Shown piece after piece: positions 39,845-47,500 of a DNA stretch of 64,000 nt (the stretch's first letter is position 1; each line of letters starts with the position of its first letter). Under the pieces are notes generated by a model. That model searched no databases and was not told the origin of the DNA. It was given only the letters and a program-made list of their open reading frames with translations. The translations under genes and the position numbers were made by a program. Source of the DNA: Hyalangium minutum (lineage in GTDB: Bacteria; Myxococcota; Myxococcia; Myxococcales; Myxococcaceae); NCBI RefSeq assembly GCF_000737315.1, contig NZ_JMCB01000002.1, positions 186,001 to 250,000 of the forward strand, in the 5' to 3' direction.

Positions 39845-40537
39845 CTACTGCCCCCCCTTCGCGACGGTGGCCATGTGAAGCTCGATGTCGTGGAGCATGG
39901 TGGAGGCAGTACGATCGAGGGCGAGATAGAGGCCCCCATAGAAGAGGAGTGCCACGGCGACAGCCGCGAAGGCTGCGGAGGTGAGCGAGAGCCGGCGCTT
40001 GGCCAGGGCGAGGTTCTCGGACGGGCGGTCACCGTGAGGAGCAAGCAAGTCGAAGTCGAACGGCTGGGCTCGTTCCAGGTCCTTCTGGATGCTGTCAATG
40101 AGGCTCATCAGCTCCAGCTCGCCCCCTCGGATGCGGTAGCGACCCTGAAAGCCGAACAACAGACACAGGTAATAGACCCGGAGGACCTCGGCGCGGTGGG
40201 GATCCTTGCGGATGGCATTGACGCGGTTGAAGAAGCTGTCGCCGGCGACGGTCTCGTGGAAGTAGTGGAGTTGCAGCAGGTTGCTCATCCAGAACTGCCG
40301 GTACTGCTCGGGCTTGTTGAGGACGATGTCGTCCATCAGCGCCACGAGGGCGTAGCCCATGTCCTGTGCGTCCTGATGGCTGAACCCCAGCACCGCCGCG
40401 CGCCGGAGCACTTCGTCGATGACACCGCGGAGCCGGTGGTTCAGCACTTCCGGAGGGGGAATCTCAGCGGCCTCCGCGTGGCGGAGCCGGATGATGGTGT
40501 CGAAGCAGTCCTTCGTGGCCTCGTTGACTCGATCCAT
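39845..40537 (-). CDS. tssL: T6SS TssL (DotU), without OmpA extension
   Basis: YALVALMDDIVL, LQLHYF, GDSFF, YYLCLLFGFQGRY; C-terminal TM helix and only a short tail. Confidence 0.95.
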   Translation of the reverse strand: MDRVNEATKDCFDTIIRLRHAEAAEIPPPEVLNHRLRGVIDEVLRRAAVLGFSHQDAQDMGYALVALMDDIVLNKPEQYRQFWMSNLLQLHYFHETVAGDSFFNRVNAIRKDPHRAEVLRVYYLCLLFGFQGRYRIRGGELELMSLIDSIQKDLERAQPFDFDLLAPHGDRPSENLALAKRRLSLTSAAFAAVAVALLFYGGLYLALDRTASTMLHDIELHMATVAKGGQ

Positions 40538-40570
40538 GACAGTTCCAGGGAGCTTTCAGGCAAAAGAGGC

Positions 40571-41935
40571 TCAGCGGCCCACGTTGGGCACGGCGAGCAG
40601 TTCGATGGAGGTTTGGCTGGAGTTGAAAGGGTGCGGCAGGTAGAGGGCCACGGCATGCTCGCGCAGCACGTTCCTCCAGCCAGCGTCCTGAGTGAGGGTG
40701 AAGTAGGAGGCCCCCGGGCGGATGGGCACTTCCGGTGGAGGCCGGTAGGTGACCTGCAGGGGGATGCCCTGGCTGGTGGCCTGCACCAGTCCCTGGATTT
40801 CCGACCAGCTTCCCAGCTTCGAGAGCTTGGGCAGTTGATCGACGATGGTCTGCTCCGGCAGCTCGCTCCGGACCATGATCAGGAACTGGCCGCAGCGGTC
40901 GATCCGCTCATCCTCCAGCTTGGCCCGGTAGAGCCCGTCCGCTCCCCGCTCCAGCGGTACGGTGATGCACTGCTCCAGTGCCACGGAGCGCATCAGCTCC
41001 GTCAGGCGGCGAAACAGCTCTTCGAAGGTGACGCGGAGGTTGGTGAACTGAAAGGGCGGCATGACCGAAGGGTCAGCCTCCGCCGAGAATGTGCAGAGCT
41101 GCCCTCCGAGCCGGCTCAGCATGAGGTAGAGATCATGCGGGCGCATGTTCCCGGCCTCGATCACGTGAGACAGGAACGGGATGACGCCATTAAGGGCGTG
41201 CAGTTCCAGGAAGAGCGTGACGTCCGAGGCCGTGAACTCGAGCGAGGACTCATCCCGGTGCCGCCGCCGCGTGGCGATCTGCCGCTGCTTGGAGACGATG
41301 AGCCGCAGCAACGAGCGCAGCTCGCTCATGATGTACGGAGAGGCGCCGATGCGCAGGCACGGAGGGATGTAGGTGTCGACGAGCACCAAGCTCCCTGACT
41401 TGTCGCGAGCGAGCTCGGCGATCTTCAGCGCATCGAAGTCATCCCGGGGCTCATCGCCGAACAGGAGCTTCATGTTCCGCTGCGCGAAGGAGATATGGAT
41501 GACGGAGGTAGACGCGTGCAGGTCACCCACGGGGCGGCTGCGAGGCGAGAAGCGAGGGCTTGCGCCCAGCTTGCCCGCGGCGCCGTAGCTCTCCACGTCG
41601 CTGCGCTCCTTGGGGATGCCGAGGTAGACCTCAAGCAGCTGCTGCGTCGGCCGGAAGTGCCCCTCCACGGGCCGGGCCGCGGGGGACTCCTCGTGACCAG
41701 CCTCGAAGCCAACGGAGAGCCCGTCCGGCAGGATGCCGAAGAACTCGAGGAGGCTGACCTGGCCTGCGCGCAGAGCTTCCATGTCGAACTGCATGGAGGC
41801 CACGCCCCAGGGATAGAGGCACACCGAGCTCAGGCGGGTCTCCACGAGGGACTCGTGGTAGAGGTCCAGCTGCTGCATGTGGTGGGGACTCATGAACATC
41901 CCCTCGGACCAGATGATGCGCTGCGGGGCCTTCAT
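40571..41935 (-). CDS. tssK: T6SS baseplate TssK
   Basis: IWSEGMFMSPHHMQQLD, YPWGV, GILPDG, YIPPCL; position between tssJ and tssL. Confidence 0.96.
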   Translation of the reverse strand: MKAPQRIIWSEGMFMSPHHMQQLDLYHESLVETRLSSVCLYPWGVASMQFDMEALRAGQVSLLEFFGILPDGLSVGFEAGHEESPAARPVEGHFRPTQQLLEVYLGIPKERSDVESYGAAGKLGASPRFSPRSRPVGDLHASTSVIHISFAQRNMKLLFGDEPRDDFDALKIAELARDKSGSLVLVDTYIPPCLRIGASPYIMSELRSLLRLIVSKQRQIATRRRHRDESSLEFTASDVTLFLELHALNGVIPFLSHVIEAGNMRPHDLYLMLSRLGGQLCTFSAEADPSVMPPFQFTNLRVTFEELFRRLTELMRSVALEQCITVPLERGADGLYRAKLEDERIDRCGQFLIMVRSELPEQTIVDQLPKLSKLGSWSEIQGLVQATSQGIPLQVTYRPPPEVPIRPGASYFTLTQDAGWRNVLREHAVALYLPHPFNSSQTSIELLAVPNVGR

Positions 41936-42519
41936 GGCGTTCTCCTCGAAGGCCGCAGGTAGTCGATCTGGTAGCCCTGAAGCTTGAAGCGGAGCTGGGT
42001 GTCCAGCGGGGTCGCGTCATCGCCGCGGTCACCTGCTGGCTGCTCCTCGCATTGGCTGGGAGGCACGGGCGGCAGCTTGGCGACGGCCAGCCACGCGTAG
42101 CCGAGCGGCTGGCGGAAGAGGCCCACCGCTGCCACGTACTGCGCCTTGGGATCCCGCTGTACCCAGTGCTTCACCACATCGCCGGCCGGGACAACGAACT
42201 CGGCTGTCTGCAGCAGATCCTCTCCCAGCAAGCTCTTGGGGTCGGACCAGAGCTTTTGAAAGCTTGCACGCTCCAACTTGACGCTGTCCTTGATCTGGAG
42301 GAACTGGACCACCGTTGGGAGCGCCCGGCCATAGGCGTCTGGGTTGACGCGCTCCGCCGCCTCGAGCTTGGCAAGGAAAGGAGGAGGTGTATCGCAGGCG
42401 GAGGCCTTGCTCAGAGCGCAGCCAGGGAGGGTTAGTAGCGCGCAGACGGCCGTCGTCCTCTTGAGGGAATACCTCTGGAGAGGAACTCGCCGTGCGTGAT
42501 CACAGCCATGGTTCGACAT
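41932..42519 (-). CDS. tssJ: T6SS outer-membrane lipoprotein TssJ
   Basis: Lipobox LPGC, NPDAYGRALPTVVQFLQIKD, QYVAAVGLFRQP; its stop overlaps the tssK ATG. Start uncertain. Confidence 0.88.
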   Translation of the reverse strand: MSNHGCDHARRVPLQRYSLKRTTAVCALLTLPGCALSKASACDTPPPFLAKLEAAERVNPDAYGRALPTVVQFLQIKDSVKLERASFQKLWSDPKSLLGEDLLQTAEFVVPAGDVVKHWVQRDPKAQYVAAVGLFRQPLGYAWLAVAKLPPVPPSQCEEQPAGDRGDDATPLDTQLRFKLQGYQIDYLRPSRRTP

Positions 42520-42769
42520 GCCACCACTCGTCAGGTGAAATGGAGAGAGCCCAGCAGTGGGCGGTATGGGCCCTTGGGAAAAGTTCCCCGACCAACTCAA
42601 CGCGGGGAGGGATAGCCCAATCGCTCACACTTGTGAGTACCACCTAAGTGGTAACCCCATTCACAGGGGCATCAGGTACCACTGCCAAGAAGCAGGATTC
42701 GAGCATCCCCTATCCGATCACGTGGCTGGTAACACCTTATCCAGCCGTGATCTTGCTGCGAGGAGTTGC
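42520..42769. promoter_or_regulatory. Divergent promoter region between the T6SS operon and the OmpA/adhesin/kinase operon, with adjacent palindromes
   Basis: CTCACA-ct-TGTGAG (42624-42637) abuts TACCAC-ctaa-GTGGTA (42638-42653). TACCAC recurs at 42677; TGGTAAC at 42649 and 42727; AGGAG at 42761 before ATG 42770. Confidence 0.5.
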
Positions 42770-44563
42770 ATGCAACAGAGCAGGCTTGCCCGGACAGTGT
42801 ACGGGATCGCGATCATCCTGGCTTCATCGATGGCGTTCGCTCAGGAGCCGGAGCGGCTGGTCGGCTTTGAACTGGAGCGGCTGGATGTCAATCCTGCCGC
42901 CACAGGCTCGCTGGTGCAGGGGACAGGGGAGCTGATGCCGACCGGAGACTACCGTTTCTCCGCGATCAGCCATTACCAGCACAACCCGCTGATGTTCTCG
43001 CGTAGGGGGCAGGTGCTGCCCATCGTGGGGAGCCGTACCACTCTGCTCTTGGCGGCGGCATACGCACCGTTCTCATGGCTTGAGATGGGTGTGCAGCTCC
43101 CGCTGGTAGCGTTCCAGACGGGGGCTGATCTGAAGGAAGAGGGGATCGATCGGCTCTCCTCCTTCGGGCTCGGCACCCCTCTGGTGAGCGCAAGGATGAG
43201 GCTGTTCTCCCAACTGGATGGCGCCCTGGGCGATCTGGCGCTGGAGATGGGCGTGGGGGCACCGGTCGGCGGTTCTCACGGGCTGACTCGGGATGCGGGG
43301 CCGCGCTATGCGCCGCGGCTCATGATCGGCCGGCGGTTCGGCTGGTTCAGGGTGGCGCTGGACTCGAGGATGGTGGTGCGTCCGGAGATTAAACCCTACG
43401 CGGATCGGGAGTTTGTCCGTGGTCCCATGGGGAACGAGGCTCAGGTGGGGCTCGTGCTGGCGACGGTGGGCCAGCGTATGCGCTGGGAGTTGGACGTACG
43501 GGGCACGGTTCCGCTCGTGGAGCAGCCCAGCTCTGTGGAGCTCTTGCTGGGGCCTCGATACCTGGTCAATCCAGCGGTGGAGGTGTTTGCACTGGCCGGT
43601 GTAGGAGGGGGTTCGGCGCCCGGTATCCCTCTGTTCCGAGTGATGCTGGGAGCGGCGTTCGGCAAGGTCATCCCGCCCCGCTTGTCAGATGAATCGGCGG
43701 TGAACTGCTCTCCGGCACTGGACCACACCGTGGAGGAGTGCCCGGACCTGGATGAGGACGAGGACGGCGTTCCCAACGGGGTGGACCAGTGTGATGACGA
43801 GGCGGGGCCCGCGGATCGTTTGGGCTGCCCTCGGAAGGACAGCGACAACGATGGCATTGAGGACAAGCTCGACGCGTGCCCAGAAGTACTAGGAGTGGCG
43901 GCTTGGCAGGGCTGTCCGATGCCGGACCAGGACAAGGATGGGATTGAGGACGAGAGAGACGTGTGTCCATCCGAGCCCGGGCCCGAGAAATCGCGCGGGT
44001 GTCCGCTCAAAGACCGGGACCAAGATGGCGTCGAGGACGATGTGGACCAGTGCCCGGATCTGGCGGGGCCTGAGGAACGTCAGGGCTGCCCAGAGTCGGA
44101 TCTGGACAAGGACAACATCGCCAACGTGTTGGACACCTGCGCGAAGGAGGCAGGCCCTGAGAGCAACCAAGGGTGCCCCGCGCATGAAGTGCCGCGGGTG
44201 AAGCTGACGCGGAAACAGATCGAACTGACGGAGAAGATCCTCTTCATCCCAGGGCAGCCACGAATCCGGCCCGAGTCTTTCGAGGTTCTCCGTTGGGTCT
44301 CGAAGGTGATCCTCGAGCACCCAGACCTGCCGATGATCGTGGTCGGCGCGCACACGGACGACCGGGGGAACGCGCTCGACAACCTGCGGCTGACGCAGGG
44401 CCGGGCGGACGCTGTCAGAGAGTTCCTTATCGAGCGTGGGGTCGCACCCGAGCGGCTCCAAGCCAAGGGCTACGGACAGGAGCGGCCCGTTGCCAGTAAT
44501 GCCACGTCCATCGGACGTGAGAACAACCGACGCATCGAATTCACCATCGTTATCTCGCAGTAG
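42770..44563 (+). CDS. Outer-membrane beta-barrel + thrombospondin type-3 repeats + OmpA domain protein (TraB-like architecture)
   Basis: Signal peptide, amphipathic beta-strand N-terminal region, five C-P-x-x-D-x-D-x-D-G-type repeats, OmpA motifs GAHTDDRG, NLRLTQGRADAV, GYGQERP, NRRIEF. Confidence 0.9.
   Translation: MQQSRLARTVYGIAIILASSMAFAQEPERLVGFELERLDVNPAATGSLVQGTGELMPTGDYRFSAISHYQHNPLMFSRRGQVLPIVGSRTTLLLAAAYAPFSWLEMGVQLPLVAFQTGADLKEEGIDRLSSFGLGTPLVSARMRLFSQLDGALGDLALEMGVGAPVGGSHGLTRDAGPRYAPRLMIGRRFGWFRVALDSRMVVRPEIKPYADREFVRGPMGNEAQVGLVLATVGQRMRWELDVRGTVPLVEQPSSVELLLGPRYLVNPAVEVFALAGVGGGSAPGIPLFRVMLGAAFGKVIPPRLSDESAVNCSPALDHTVEECPDLDEDEDGVPNGVDQCDDEAGPADRLGCPRKDSDNDGIEDKLDACPEVLGVAAWQGCPMPDQDKDGIEDERDVCPSEPGPEKSRGCPLKDRDQDGVEDDVDQCPDLAGPEERQGCPESDLDKDNIANVLDTCAKEAGPESNQGCPAHEVPRVKLTRKQIELTEKILFIPGQPRIRPESFEVLRWVSKVILEHPDLPMIVVGAHTDDRGNALDNLRLTQGRADAVREFLIERGVAPERLQAKGYGQERPVASNATSIGRENNRRIEFTIVISQ
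43739..44180 (+). repeat. Five intragenic TSP3 (Ca-binding DxDxDG) repeats
   Basis: DLDEDEDGV, KDSDNDGI, PDQDKDGI, KDRDQDGV, SDLDKDNI, each followed by DxC. Confidence 0.85.
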
Positions 44564-44594
44564 GTGGAGCTGACAGAGTTACAGGGGGAACCCC

Positions 44595-47500
44595 ATGAGA
44601 AGATCATGCAGCCTGATGTCGCTGGTGGCCCTGGTGTTCTGGGCCTCCACGTCCGCGGCCGAGCCCGACACATTGGGCCTGGGAACCGGACGTGATGGAG
44701 CGCTGATCGTCACGGAGCCGCGAACCGTCATCAATCGCTATGCACAGGTCACGGTACCTCTTGCGACGGGAGACACCGTGCTGTTCGTCTCATCGACAGA
44801 AGGGTTCGCGGCGGGCGACCTGATCATGGTGTTGCAGACGACGGGCATTGTCCCGGAGCCGGCTCAAGGCGCGCCTGGGCCCATCTCGTTGAGCACGGAT
44901 CCTGTGGGCAGGTGGGAACTGGCGCGGGTGAGCTTCGCCGAACGTCAGGAGCTGAAGTTGGGAGCCCCGCTCCTGTACTCCTACGCGGGACTTGTGACCC
45001 AGGTGATCCGCATCCCAGAGTACACGGATGTGAAGGTTGTAGCAGGGGCGAGCCTCGTCGCGGCGCCGTGGGATGGCAGCCAAGGAGGGGTTCTTGCCTT
45101 CCTGGCCAAGGGGCTCATTCAGAACGAGGGGACGCTTCAAGCCAGCGGCGTAGGATTCCGCGGAGGACTGGTGCTTGAGGAGTTCGCTGGCTTCGCCGGG
45201 TGCGCCGCCTTGCCTGCCTCCGTGCGCCCGGGAGCCGGCAGGGGAGAAGGGATCTCGTCCCTGGACTTCGGTGTGTGGGCCACTGGCCTGGAGAATGCGT
45301 CCAACGGCGGTGGTGGTGGTCTCTGCCCCCGAGCGGGAGGGGGGGGAGGGGGGAATGGTGCGGCAGGAGGTCGGGGAGGCGACTCCCTGGTCTATGGCGA
45401 CTCGGCACGGAATATCGGGGGCAAGGGTGGAGCGGGGCTGGTCTATTCCCTGACGGATCACCTGACGCTGGGAGGAGGCGGTGGCCAGGGGTATGGGGGA
45501 GGGAGGCATTCCCAGGGAGGCGCTGGAGGCGGAGCCATCTTCGTGCGCGGGTATCGCCTGGCTGGGAGCGGATCCATTCTGGCGGATGGTGCCGCTGGTG
45601 ATGATGCAACGCAGGGAGGCGCGGGCGGAGGTGGGGCTGGCGGGAGCGTCTACTTGAGGTTCGTGGACTCTGCGGAGTGTGGTTTCATCTCTGCGAGCGG
45701 CGGCAATGGAGGGAGCAGCTCCGCAGGGATTGCGGAGGATGGAGGCGCTGGAGGCGGAGGCGGAGGCGGACGGCTGCTATATCAAGCGGCGAGCACGGGG
45801 GCTTGTCCCATGTCCGTTGAAGCGGGGCTCGCAGGCGGAGTGGCCGGGACAATTTCTGGAATTGTCACGAATGCACAGCCTGCCGCGAGCCAGCTTGTCG
45901 CGCATCGAGGCATCATCACCCGGCTTGAGACGGAATTCGAGCAGTTCGCGAACTGTACTCTCAACGCGCCTGTGTTCACGACGCCGGTGAACAACGGGTA
46001 TGTTAATGCCCAACTCAAGGTGACAGGGTCTGTGTCAGGGTATGGAAGTAACGCCAAGGTCAGGATTTATGTCGGAAGCGACTTGGCAGGGGATGCCACC
46101 CCTAATAGCGGAACGTGGAGCTATACTTTTGCAGTGGGCGTGCTGGAGGACGCTCGTCAGTATACCATCAAAGCTATAGGGGTTTGTGGTAGCAATTCAG
46201 AGGAGAGTTCTAATGCGACGAGCATCAACGTCACGGTTGACACGGCGGTACCGCAGATTGGATGGGTAACGCGGCCGAGCGATCCTTCTCCTGAGCTCAG
46301 GCCTACCCTCTCTTTCAACACGGGAAACCAGGAAGTTTCCGTGAGGTACACGTGTACGCTGGATGGGAGCGCAGGGTTTGGCTGTGGTGTGGGAACCACT
46401 GGACAAGTGGTTTCATATACAGTCGCAGGCACTTTGCTCGATGGTAGCCGTCACACATTCACTGTTAGGGGAACGGATGAAGCGGATAATCCAACCAACG
46501 GCTCCCTCTCCTACTCTTGGACGGTGATATATCCATCAGATACGGTCATCGATCCTCCTCGCCCACCAGATCCTACCAATGTGACGGCTGCGGCCTTCTC
46601 ATTCCATGCGACAAAGGCGGGCGCTACCTTGGAGTGCAGACTCGATGAGAGCGCATGGGCGGCCTGCACCAGCCCCAAGTCGTACTCCGCTCTGGCGGAC
46701 GGCCGCCACACCTTTGAAGTCAAGGCGATGTTGGGGTCGATCGAAGACACCTCGCCCGCCTCCTATTCTTGGGTGGTGGATACGGAATCTCCGGATACCC
46801 GCATTGAGCAGAAGCCCAATGATCCCACGAACAGTACGAGGGCTACGTTCACGTTCAGTTCGCCGGAAGAGGGGTGCAGTTTCGAGTGCAGCCTGAACGG
46901 TGGAGTCTACACATCTTGTCCAAGTCCATGGACCTCTCCAGAACTGGCGGACAGCCGTCACACGCTTTCGGTCAGGGCCAGGGACGCGGCAGGCAATATC
47001 GATCCCTCGCCTGCCACGTATTCCTGGCTCGTTGACTCGACGCCTCCGAATACCGTGTTTGACCAGAAGCCTACCAATCCCAGCAACGTCACGCGGCCCA
47101 CGTTCGCGTTCAGTGCCTCGGAGACGGGAAGCAGCTTCGTGTGTAGCTTGGATTCGGCGGCGTTTACGCCGTGTACGAGTCCAGTGACGACACCTCTTCT
47201 CGCTGAGGGTAGCCACACCTTCGCGGTGAAGGCCACGGATGCGCTAGGTAATACGGCTGCCTCGGCCACGACCTATACCTGGGTGGTGGACATCACCCCC
47301 CCTGACACAATCCTGGGAGATAAACCCACCAATCCTTCCAACGAACCGAGGCCTAGGTTCACGTTTAGCGCCACCGAGACGGGGAGTACCTTCGAGTGCC
47401 GGATGGATCAGGGACTGTACGTAACCTGTTCCAGCCCATGGACCGCTCCATCCCTCACGGATGGAAGCCATACCTTTGAAGTGAGGGCCACGGATGCCGC

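Noticed and set aside
42742-42756. Possible sigma-54 promoter at TTGC (42753)
   Set aside because: The matching -24 position reads CAGCCGT rather than TGGCACG.
42770-44563. Calling this gene traB
   Set aside because: The architecture matches, but canonical traB follows traA. Here the partner is downstream and AgmC-like, so a paralog is more likely; left unnamed.
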